This document shows, one piece after another, positions 25,501 to 37,095 of a stretch of 64,000 nt of DNA. Below the pieces are notes generated by a model. The model was not told where the DNA came from and ran no database searches. It was given only the letters and a program-made list of their open reading frames with translations. Position 1 is the first letter of the stretch. Each line of letters begins with the position of its first letter. The stretch lies in NCBI GenBank assembly GCA_030141605.1, contig JAQGDQ010000034.1, positions 248,001 through 312,000 of the forward strand, in the 5' to 3' direction. Source of the stretch: Tubiluchus corallicola (Eukaryota > Animalia > Priapulida). A program made the translations under genes and the position numbers.

Positions 25501-27130
25501 CTGCATAGCGAATTTGATCTTGTTTTTATCTAAATTAATGGCACTAATTAAGTTTTCCCAACGAACAACGTTTTTATGATGCATAATTGTCTGGCAGGTT
25601 TCACGCTAAACCTCCCGTCTCCCGTGAAGAATTCATAAATATATTCATAAGTCGTCAAAGAGTTTATGGGTGCTATTCAAATTTACGCCTTCTCACTCAT
25701 CTCTAGACGTAGCTGTAGGGCGCCGAGTATCCCATTAGCCGAAGTACACTTCCGGTAAAACGCATGTGCTAAATTTGCGGAAAAGCAGTGTCGTACATGG
25801 GCAGCCCAAGTAGGGCACTTGCGATTTCTGTCAAGATCGCGAGATCTATGACATAATAAAACATGGAACTAAATTTGTTTTAGAAAAAAAGTAACTTTAT
25901 AATAATGATGGATAGTCCTTGTCAATCTACTTTTTACAACAATATCATCATTATTATTAGCTCCATTAATAATTATCATCATAACATTAAACTAAGTATC
26001 TAATGCTCTAAAGAGAGAACCTACGTAGCTCGTAACTCGCGCATAGTTCGCTAACCCGTTTACTTAGTAGAAAACAATTATCTGTCCAAGATGGAGTGAA
26101 AAGAATCACCTGGCTGTGAAGCAAGACAAAATAGAAAAACGATATACCTTAAGCAAATGATGGAATCGCCTAAACAGTGCGCTTATTTCACTTCAAAGAA
26201 AATTAATCTAGAATAAAATTTCTTTATTTTATCAGATGTATAATAAATTATTCAACGTGTATAGACGTTTTTAATTATTATTATTACATAAACAAGGGCA
26301 AACGGACGGTGCCAGTACCCTTAATGAGTCAATTCGCGACCTGTCTCTAGTGTCCTACTTGGGCTAGCCCATGTACGCCAATCGTCCTACTTCGGCTAGT
26401 GGATTACTCGGCGCCCAACAGTAGCACCTACGCACATTTTCCATAATTATTGCAGTATAAATGCCAAGGATCTGTCTTTCAAAACAGCGATGATGAGACA
26501 TTCGCCTGGTGGTTAACATGGGATGGAAGAAAACAGACATATTGGCAAGAAGGAACCACAGTACCAAATACTTGTTGGTGTGGTGTAAAAGGTAGGACTC
26601 GATCTCGGGCGGTAATTATTCAAATGTCATTATTACGTAACTTAAATATTATTACGTTTCAGTTTCAGTTTATCTGTTCTAGTATTTCAGTTTAGTTGCT
26701 AATTAGGTGATGTACTTTACCCATTTTTTGCTAGTGAAATGAGTATGATAATTAAGATTTACAGTTTTTACACGTCAGAAACTTCGTTTTGTTCGCACCA
26801 AAGTCATTTTACCACTTTAGTATTATAGATCATGATAAATGCGTAATAATAAACTCTGCCTCGAAACCACAGACCTGGAGATACTATATTCCATGTAAAA
26901 ATATGATTATATGCTGTGTATAGGATTAGTATCGTGTCTACATTTTAGGGACATGCGGAAACAAGAAAAGATGTGAATGTGACAACAATGACGCCAACTC
27001 GATCACCATGGATGATGGTCTGTTTAATAACATGGATGACTTACCAATTGCAGCACTTCATTTTGGAGACACTGGATTGGAAAACGAATATGGTATCCAT
27101 TATTTGGACAAATTGCAGTGCTTTCACTAG
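22551..27130 (+). CDS. Secreted protein consisting of a single CASPR/neurexin-IV-type fibrinogen-related domain (272 aa, 5 exons)
   Basis: Exons 22551-22740, 23043-23198, 24518-24672, 26456-26591, 26949-27130 (190+156+155+136+182=819 nt, phases 1,1,0,1, all GT-AG). Signal peptide MDLPVLQLLFVVNVACTLA; motifs RNCQDIKNAGYTDDGFYYIDPSG, IQVHCNL, TEIYHDS, CQQYFRYKC, WWLTWDGRKQTYW, CWCGVKGTC, CECDNND, DDGLF, LPIAALHFGDTG, LQC match the CASPR fibrinogen-like module. Confidence 0.88.
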
Positions 27131-27169
27131 GAAAAATTCAAAACTATAACATCGGGAAAGCCTAGTTAG

Positions 27170-27545
27170 TTTTGGTTATGAGCATGATTGTCAAAGCTAC
27201 AGTTAACTGAATCCTTGAAACTAAGTTTTAAAAAACAGGAAATGCAAAAAGGTTGGAGGAAAACAGCCTAGATTTGAACTAACTTCCTTCTGCTTATAAG
27301 GCAGATGTCATAACTATTAGATTACCAAGTTCCCCAGCAATTATGAAAATACAAAATTCATCCTTTATAGCTGACAAACTAATTTCCGCATTTCAAATGC
27401 TAGATCACTCATGGAAGGTCGCTGGTTCAAACACAGGCTACTATGTTCCAACTTTTTCACATTTTTTCCTGCCTTTCAGACTTTAGTCTAAAAAAATTCG
27501 TTCGTGGTTTTGCATCATTATTAATAAAAATCTTGATAGTAAACA
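27170..27545. mobile_element. Two divergently oriented tRNA-derived SINE copies (approx. 27170-27345 on -, 27400-27545 on +)
   Basis: B-box gttcaaatctaggctg (minus) and ggttcaaacacaggct (plus), each followed by a shared ccaac(c/t)tttt..catt..cctg body that recurs at 59110-59270. Confidence 0.55.
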
Positions 27546-29018
27546 GCTGCTCCTATAGTGTTTATTATCATTGCTGTATTGTTTTTTGGTAAATAATCTT
27601 CTATTTCACTATTAGCCATAGCTACAAGCTAACACATTTCTCTCTTGTAACACCCGTTTATGGTATGGTATACTTCAGTGTAAAACTATGAACTGTTATA
27701 TATAATACAATATATACAGCTAAACATCCATGTTATTATTATAGCATATCTATATGTGTAAGATGCATCGATTTAAAATTATGATACAAACGTCTGAGTG
27801 CCTTGCAAAACATATTCTCACAGTCACAGGTATGACTCCAAAGCCTAAAGCCACCAATCTTAATAAAAGCTTGTAGAAAAGAGTTAAGAAACTTTTTTTA
27901 TTGAAATTTATATCAACCGCCTAGTGCTTATTATACATGTCTTATAAATACAGTACATAATCTTACACAAAAGATATATAATACAGTTTGACGATGTAAA
28001 TTGTTTAAAAAGATACGATAATTAGGAAGACCCCTTAACGATCATGTTCATAACATTGTTAAAAGAGAAAATTAAAGAACTGGCAAATTTTATAAAGAGT
28101 AAATTATGAAGTTAATGACTGATTCGATCAATGAAATTTACAACAATATGTGTTTTGGTCAAGCATTAAAAATGACGTTTATAATTTCTTAACAGTTTGA
28201 TAACCCATTTAAAGTAACAGCAAATCTTACAAAATTCCATTGCAAAACATCAAAAAATGCATGTATGGCACTGACATGCTGTCAATTATAGTTGGGTCAA
28301 CAAAACCATAAGTTCGCAGTCATCAAGCTAACTTGACGTGCGCTAAATATGGTTAGCATTATCTCAACAGTTTTTCATCATCGATTTTTCGTTCAGAAAA
28401 TACTAAAAGTTTACACTTTAACAGGTTACAATTAGAGTAATTATGTCCAGTCATTTAAGTAAATTATAAACAGTCCAGTTAGAATTGCATTTGAAAAAGT
28501 TGTTGGAATATTGCAGTGCCAAATAAATTTCATACATCTGGTTGCTGACAGAAGAGAATCAAAAATGACATGTGATCCATCACAAAACACACAAACAGTT
28601 ACACGCAAATTGTTTACAAATAATATGGAGGCTCGCGCAAGCTAGTAAATAAGGAACAAACATAGAAAATAGTATATTTACAAATATTAGCATACAACAT
28701 CTAAAGTAGCACTTAGCACATACAAATTAAAAATATACTTGTTGCTTAACCCAAGTTTAATTCTTAGTGGCAAAAATGATGTGAACTAGGAATAACAAAG
28801 TAACTTGTTTTGAAAGGCCAGTGAAAAGAAACATATATAGGTGAAGTTACCATACGAATAAAATGTAGAAAAAGGAAATTTTTACACGATTTCCTGTATT
28901 CGAAAAGATGTCTTCGTATTCTAGGTGACTCTATGACCGAAGTCCAAATACCCGTCTTACCGCTTCAACATTTTCAGTTTTGCACGTGTTAACTTAGTTA
29001 ATAGCAAAAAATTGATTA

Positions 29019-29103
29019 ACATTTTCATGAAATTATGAGTTTAGGATTATGTTCTCTTCCAACATTTTCATGAAATTATGAGTTTAGCATCATGTTCTCT
29101 TCC
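29019..29103. repeat. Direct tandem duplication (~42 bp x2)
   Basis: aacattttcatgaaattatgagtttag(g/c)at(t/c)atgttctcttcc twice. Confidence 0.85.
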
Positions 29104-30152
29104 ATCAACAAAACACCAAAAAAAATTACTCATGATATGTTCACTAAGAAAAGCATATATACCGCCCACTTGTGCAATGCCTTCTTATGATATCAACATC
29201 ACATTTATTCATCTACAGTACATTTGCCCAGAAGTGGTACAAGCAAAAAAAGCTTAACAAGAAAACAGCAAGAGTAAAAGTCATAAGTTTAGGGCCCATA
29301 AAAACGAAGCAGTATTATTTATGACTGCTGGTAATGATAGTAACATCATGACAAATATGCCTGAAGTTGTAATAAAGTTTATAATTGTATATGAACTCTT
29401 TTTAACTTCCACTCTACTTTATGGCACGGTTTAATCTAATAACCACCATCAGAATATTGTTCTTAACTCTGTGGTCTCTATCTTTATCTATGTGCTTGGT
29501 TATACTTTAAATGTTTTTTCATACTCGTTCTTCTTTAATCCACACATCTGGTGTGCCTTACACCAACATCCTCTCTTCTTAGGCACCCGACTTACATACT
29601 TGTTTTTTTCCTCTTTTTAAGCTAGATATCATTATAAACTGTTATACATGTTATAAAATGTGTATGAGATACGTGGACCTAATAAACTACGAAACTACAA
29701 AAAAAGTCCCGTTTAAGTCCTGTTAGTTATATACATACCACATATCAAAGCAGAAAAGTAAAATTTTATCAATACTAGTATAACGAAATCTAGCATTTTA
29801 AAAACTTGTATGTTCACCCATTTATACAACCAGGATGCAACACAAAGCTGCACGCGCAAGCAAAAGCTGCATTACCATGCGTCACAAATGACATATAGCA
29901 ATCACAATAAAATATTATAAAAACCATTATAATCATCAGATTTTGTAGGTATCATTAGTTTTGTACTGTATCGTTGCCCACTGCGGGCAAGATACACAGT
30001 ACAAGTGAGGCTACAAATTAAAGTAAGATTATTAGACGAAAAAGAAACCATCTATATAACAAGCTGAACTATGAATACTGAACTAAATGTCTGCTGATAA
30101 CTTTTCCAAAAGGATGTTCTTCTCATTCACTTGTTCATAAATTCCAAAATCT

Positions 30153-33100
30153 CTAGTATGGATAGCTGTTATAGAGTGTCTCAGCGACATAGAAGTACCA
30201 AACAATGCCAACGATAATGCCGACGACGATGCCAAGAACCAAGGAAACGATTGATAGTATTTTTACGTTCTTTGAAGCCTTCATTGCTTCCTCCACATTT
30301 CCAAGCCCATTGTATTCATCAACCTGGAACAAACGGCGCAAGTCATTGAGCTGTCATATTTCAGCTGTTTAACAAAAAATTACTTCTGCCATATATAAAT
30401 ACAAAAGTATATTCCAATTGAGTTGAAGTAGATTTGTGTAACATAATTGTCATGTGTGTGTCACCTGGTACTATTCGCATTATTTTTCCTTTTTATGATC
30501 TTTGGTGTTCTTTTATAGTTAATATTACATTTTATCGTCGTGTAAAGTGAGTCTAAAATATTTTTTAAATCATCATTATTTTATTAAGCAAAAAACACAA
30601 GCTTAGGTATTGTATAAGAAAAGATTTTGGCACGGGCTTTTACAATGAATATCCTTATAAAAGTAACCTACCCACTAAATGCCACCCAATTAAAATTTTC
30701 TCTATTTGTGCAATGTTAGTTTTATTTTCAGAAAAACAATAAAAAAAGAAAAACACGTGTATTTGAACTAAGCGTAGTACTTATTTACATGAGCTTCGAT
30801 GACAGTCGGATACATCGCAAATATAACCTCTTTTCACTACAACACAGTTCATTCAAGCAAGTCAACATTTGATCATGTGACTTTGTCACAAAAGCCCATC
30901 AAGAACAAACAGAAAACTTATATGATTAAGCAAGAACCAAACTGACGTATTTAAAACCATGTATCTGAAGTACACACTTCTGAGATCACAATTATTTCAA
31001 AGCATAGATTATCAATTATGGATCTTGCATAACCTAGAGTAGTCATCTGGTGCCAGAAACAGCTTCTACCAAATTTTGAAATTAAACTAAACTTTGTGCA
31101 GATACCTAGCCTTATGTAGGTATCATGCAGAAACTATAGGATACGAAAATTTTAGTCCACGACAGATTTGTTCAAAAACAATTTTTGTGAACTCAGCAAT
31201 CTGCATAAATGTATCGGGTGGTGCAGAAAAAATGTGCAAAAGCTTAGACTACAATAATATTAGAAGCAAGAGCACTACGAAGTTGCAATTTCACAATGTG
31301 ATACTACAGCACATTAGCTTTTGGTTATGAAAATTTCAAGTTAAGAGTTTTAGTGGCTTTAGGTTACGACCATTAAGTTTTGAGTTTTTAAGTTTAAGCT
31401 AGTACTGAAAAACAGCACCTAATACATGTCAACAAAACAATAAAGAAATCAACCAGTTTACATCTTGATCTTCACCATTGAAAATACAGCACTGATAAAA
31501 ATTTGTTAAGAAAAAATTGGATTTCTCGATTATGGTATATGGTGTTCGGTTAAAGAGAAAGTGCATAATGGCCGCACAGAGCCGTTGGATGCAAAGGAAT
31601 AAAAGACAAACAAATTTTGAGTGCTGGGATCAAATACCTCTTAAAACAGTGTCAGCTGTTAGAAGAAGTGGTGCCATCTAGTTTGCAGTGAAAATGGTGG
31701 ACACATAGAGTATTTGTTGTAAATTTAGCAATAGTAACATAAAAAATTTTCCCTCATTAATTTCTTTGACTCTAAAATACTTGGAGCTTCTGTATCTTGG
31801 GCAAATGTGAGAAAATGACCTAATTTTTGGTATTTACGCACAAGCATCAGTAACATCAACGTAGTAATTTTCAAGCGATTCCCTTTTTCTTATAATATCA
31901 TGATTAAAACTTCGAATGACATGTTTTTTCTCACCACCTGACGTAATTTGATTAACCTCATTAACTTTACGGCTTTTACACAACAGAAGTTAATTGATTA
32001 TCTTTTGAGCATGAAAATATTTGAAGTTTGCTGGAACACAGCTTATAGGAACTTTTTATTATAAAAGTAATGAGTGTTAAAGTTTTAATGAATTACGGTA
32101 GCACTATGGCTGCAAAGTTTTTGATAATCAATAATCAATCGACAATAATCAATTAATGTTATATTTAACAAATGATAGTCAACAGTCATCGTCACTTAAG
32201 GAGAAAGTATAGCTTATCTTTAATGTTTGGTAACCCGACTGTTAAAAGCTAGTTATTAATTTTTTTAACTTAAATTATCTGTGAGAAAATTAACGATATT
32301 TTTATGTGCGCTTATTATCATTTTTATTGTTTATTTTATGCATACTAATTTCTTTCTTTTTGTGTGTTTACAGTTCATAATAACTATTCCTTGTTAAATT
32401 TGTGTATACATGGCTGGATCTGTTACGGTATGAAAAGAATAATAACAAGAATAGCACAATTTTATGTAATGTTTTTGTCCCAACTCATTATAGAGCTATC
32501 ATGGCCATTGATGTACAATACAAGCCATAGGGCTAATGAGTTTGAGAAAATTGTGATTATAGGCAATCAGTGACAAGCCAACCAAGAATTATGGAACCTA
32601 TAATTGGAGAAAGTTTTTGACAAGGAATTGTGCCCCAGATGCAGCTATTTAGTTTGCGAATGCTTTATGCTATTAGGTCAATCTACATTGTTACTCTGCA
32701 AAAGTCGTGAGACCAAGAACAAGGAATCGTTTTTCAAAGTTCAGACATCTTTCTTTTGGTCCAAAAGCTTGATTTAAAAATTTCAGTAAATGCGGGTTCA
32801 TTTCATCGTATTAAAAATATCATACAACATAGTTCATTTTAAGTACAAGCAGCTTCTTCAATGTCTCCCAACTGGCTTTATAGTTCACGTTGACTTACCT
32901 GGTTTAAACAACAACAGAATAAGCACTATACCACATGAATGTACACAAACTACATTCATCCCTGACATTTGTGTATTTAATAAACTGCTGAAGAAAATAT
33001 TCACATTTGTGCTGACAGTCTTTTTTTACCTAAATATTGAAAAAGCACACCAGTTTAAAGAGAATAAATGTGCAAGCTTGGCGGCAGACATTGAAGAAAT

Positions 33101-35025
33101 TGGATTTCAAAGTGCATTATTCTGCTATTGAAATTGGGAGTCGCGCATTCATTTCGAAAACCAATGAAACAAGATTAAAAAGTTTTGTTAAACTTCTAGT
33201 ATCACACCCGAACCACATGAAGTTTAAAGATTTCAAACCGAAAGCTGCAAAATTAACTATCGAGTCATCTTTTATTATTTTTACATCCAAAAACGAACAA
33301 GCGTGGGCAGATTCAACCTTTTTAGTTCCAAAATGTTTTTAGTTCTGTCTCTCAATTTAATTTTCACTATATTAACATTGCTATAATTTTAGACTATATA
33401 CAACTTTTTATAACATTGAAATCAACGTATAACATTTTGTTGAATTATTTTATTGCGAAATTTGATCTCAATTCTATACTACACAACTGAAAAGCATAAA
33501 TATATCTCAGTATTACCTTCGTGGCAAAGTAGATAGCAGCAATGCCTGTTGGCCAGAAGCAGCAAAGGCACGACAGGATGGCGATGGCCATGTGGTTAGG
33601 CACTCGGGGTGATTGAATGATGACCGTCTGTCCTACTGGAGGTGCTCCAACAACTACTGGCTGAAAGAGACAATAAATTAATTTAAATTGAATGCAGCTA
33701 TACTGTCAATAGGTACAAAGAAAACCAAGGCGCATAAGAAAACTTTCAGAAAAGAATGAAATGTGTGCTTGCAAACCAGAACCATCCATAAGTCGGCATA
33801 GTTAGAAGGCATTATTATGCTTCAATGTAAAATGTACCAAAAATTTGGTCAATTGTCAATTTATTGTTTTTTTAAATAACGCTAAATAATATAATTTTAT
33901 AACCCTGTACCCATTTTTCTTGCTAGAAACTGGCACTGCAACTGCAACAAACTTGGTATAAAAATCATCCTCATGAAATGGAAATTTGGGATATGTGAAT
34001 TATTAGAAAAGCTTAATTGCCAAGTTATGGACGATTTTGCTATGCAAGCACCAAAATGAAAAATAAAAGAAATAATAATGAGCCCTGATAAAATTATTGA
34101 AAAATACTCAAATGACTTACAATTTAAAAATAATTTGATACAGATCATAAAACTAAATATTTAGTAACAACAGGTGTACTTGTAGAGGTCGCCTGTAACA
34201 CCTCCTTTTTGCGTTAATATTATCTTCACTTTTTAATAGCTTCACATAATACAGCCAAGAAAGTGAAGAAGCCATTTAAAACTGTTAATTAAAAGTGATT
34301 TCATAAAATGACAAAAATTTTTTATGTGGGCAGGATGGTGTCGAAAAGCAAGACACTAAGGAACAGTGTCCATAAGAAATACAAATAAGAAGATTTCTAC
34401 GTAGAATTTGCATTAAGGTAAGAAGTACCGAAGTCCATTTATAAATTTAAATTAACAAACCTGGCATACTCTTCTTTACAAATAGTGTTCACTGATTTTG
34501 CAAAACCAAGCAAGTAAAGTATTATTAACATTATAGTATTATAAAATTTTCAATATTTTCTTACACATCATTAATTTTATTATTAAATTAATATTAATGT
34601 TAATCGATTCAGCATTTAGACCACAGATATCACAAGAAAACAGTTCAAAATGCAAAACACGATCAAGTGTAAACACAACATAGATTTACAGCCATTCTAC
34701 AAAGCTGGCATACAGTATATTCTAGCGATTGGTAGACGTTTTAAAACCATCTAGAGATAGTCAGAATCTCCTGAATGTGCGCAGTGCCCCAATAAACAAT
34801 ACGTACAATAAAGTCCTACAAAACTTTCTTTTCTTTATTTTCACGTTTTCATTCGTTGTAATGCAGAATGTAACATTCGCTACGGTCAAACTTGACGTGC
34901 AAGACATACAATAGCATTTTTACCATATTATAAGCCTGCTGGGTTGGTCCTCCATAATACGGCGGAGGATTTTGATCAACATCTGGCTGGTTTTCAAATT
35001 TATTGTAACCATATCCTGACTCCAT
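30153..35025 (-). CDS. CD225/dispanin family membrane protein (PRRT1/IFITM-like), 138 aa, 3 coding exons
   Basis: Exons 35025-34924 (MESGYGYNKFENQPDVDQNPPPYYGGPTQQAYNM), 33660-33517 (PVVVGAPPVGQTVIIQSPRVPNHMAIAILSCLCCFWPTGIAAIYFATK), 30323-30153 (VDEYNGLGNVEEAMKASKNVKILSIVSLVLGIVVGIIVGIVWYFYVAETLYNSYPY*); all phase 0, GT-AG. CCFWPTG-AA and G-xx-EA-xxS motifs are CD225 hallmarks. Confidence 0.92.
31525..31722 (+). mobile_element. Tc1/mariner transposase C-terminal remnant (in CD225 intron)
   Basis: Frameshifted translation LDYGIWCSVKEKVH...CWDQIPLKTV...GGHIEYLL* matches the (SPDLNP)LDYxxW..LKxKV...W..I...GGHIE end of Tc1/mariner transposases. Confidence 0.7.
32570..33345 (+). mobile_element. 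Non-LTR retrotransposon remnant with restriction-like endonuclease (R2/NeSL/HERO group), antisense in CD225 intron
   Basis: ORFs 32790 and 33037 joined by a frameshift: DLPG...TIP...IPDICVF...LTV...NIEKAHQFKENK.ASL...IGF/KVHYSAIEIGSRAFIS, a PD-(D/E)xK-type RLE domain; degenerate CCHC-like stretch upstream. Confidence 0.75.
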
Positions 35026-35689
35026 CTTGAATACTTCTTTGAGGTACGCTAATGAAGTAAAAAATGTATTAGTAGTAATAAACTATTGCACAATATTGAA
35101 CTATTATACGATACACTCCTCGCTAAAAGCAAACCAACAACAAAAAGTTAACGAAATCAGCACTAAACAAGCAAATGTACTTCCAAAGTCCAATCTCGGT
35201 TGCACAGTTCCTACACTGTGATGCAACTATGAACAGAAGAGATGCCAAAACGCGGATTTGCGGAACCGCGGACACGTTCGGAATTTTTATTAATTTTAAT
35301 ACGTAATGTTATTAATTTCTAAACAAAAATATTTAAAAAAATTTTTACAAGAAAGTATAAAATGTGAAAGCAGGATAAAACGTATATACAGCGCAGAATA
35401 AAATTTTACAGATAAAGGGCTACGGATAAAAAAAGCACAAACAGCCAATGTTACTTACAAGTGGTTCTTTTCTGCGGCTACGGATTGAAGAACGTCATTG
35501 CTCCGCCCTTCTTGGGTTCACGCTGTAGAAACTCGCAGGATATGTAATCCAGCTAAACAGCATCACTTCATCGTCAAATTCTTATTCCGTCTGTTGTAGA
35601 CATTGAGGCATTACCATGCCTACTAGAGGTTTCCGCCCACTTCTATCTGCGGAGCAGGCTCCATAACTGCGTTTCTTCTGCTCCTAAAG

Positions 35690-36300
35690 CTAGTTTTAGT
35701 TGAGGTTGTCGAACATCTTATTTATCTTAGCTATCCACAGGGCCGGATTATGATTTTTTTTGGGCGCCAGTCTAATTCAATTATGGGGCCCCTTTTCAAA
35801 CGGAGCCACCCTCCAACTCGCCGGCACACGTCAAACAGGGGCCTCTTATCTCAAATGAAGTACGCCCTTTATATCAAGTATGCCTCAAACAGAGGCCCAT
35901 GAATAGGTGCCACATTGTAATATTGGGATTTCATAGTTACTGGTATCCGGTTTCAAAGTTGAAATTTTATTTTAAATTAAATGAAATATGAAAAAAATAT
36001 AGGCCTACTCGAAAATCTTTTAAGCAGGGCCTACCTAGCCTGAAGCCCTACTAACTTATATAGGACAATCCCGTCCTGGCATTCGAAGCTATTGTTGCTT
36101 TTGCAAGGTTTTAAGGCTTCCTTTAAGGCGATTCTTACAGGTGTTTCACTTCGTAATTAATCAGAGAAGGTGTCCTAGCCATCTTCATCTTGAGAGCTAC
36201 ACTTTTACACTTCAATGAATTTCTTTCGTTCTAATGTATAAATCTTCATTAAAAAGTTTGATCACAAAATCTTGTGCTAGAGCTTTAATTTCTTGCTAGT
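35690..36300 (-). mobile_element. RTE-like LINE 3' remnant interrupted by a MITE
   Basis: Similar to 47930-48220 (ttttgcaaggttttaaggc...gattcttac); translates to WLGHLL...ETPVRIALKEALKPCK. Confidence 0.6.
35738..36078. mobile_element. hAT-type MITE
   Basis: Imperfect TIRs cagggccggatta / caatcccgtcctg; splits the RTE remnant relative to its sibling at 47930. Confidence 0.5.
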
Positions 36301-37078
36301 TAATACATTTTTGCTCTGAAAGAAAAGCATGCATTAATATCACCGTCAGCGTTTAGAAGAGTGCCCATATATTTACACGTTTTCCATGGCTGATTCCATC
36401 TCTTGCAATACCATTCTTCTGTTCTAGGAATTGTTTTTTAGGCGCAACACCGCGGAGTGCAGACATTTGTATACGGGTTGCGGATCGCGGAAATATATTT
36501 TGCGAACCTTCTTTCAGCGGATACAAAACAATTGGGTCCGCTGTTCTGATGCACAAGCAGTGCGCACTCAGGCAGTCAAGCATATGATTCCCAGAATAGT
36601 AACTGTGCAAAGCGGAACTGAAGACGTAACAGGTCACATGACTTTGCAACATAATGTGTACGCCAAAATAGCAAACGGCAGTTAAGGAGCGGCCTTGTTC
36701 TGTCAGTGGGTTACGGAACGAATTAAAGGTTGTTAATAATTTTTATAATTCTATTTTTCCACTTGACTGTAGTGTTATTTTAGAGCGGTTTTATATAGAA
36801 TTGATTTACCTAGAACAACTACACAAACCTAGAAAAAGATTACCGGATGACCTAAAATAAAAAAGAACAGTAAAAATTAATTTTACTATGTTGTTACAAA
36901 CTTCCACATTACGATATTTTTCCTTGGCAAAAACAAAAGCAAAAGTTCATATTGAAAAACTGTGCTGGCAGAACTCAAGTGTATTAGCACAAGCATAAGT
37001 TGAAGTCTTGAAGAAAAGTTTAGGAATCTTGCAATGGATACAGTGCTGAGAGTGTCATGCTCAGACTATTTAAACTGT

Positions 37079-37095
37079 GACGCCATCTAGCGGGA
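37079..37095 (-). promoter_or_regulatory. CTCF-like motif
   Basis: Reverse complement tcccgctagatggcgtc matches the CCxCxAGRKGGCR core; related same-orientation motifs at ~53760, ~54131 and ~54908. Confidence 0.4.
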
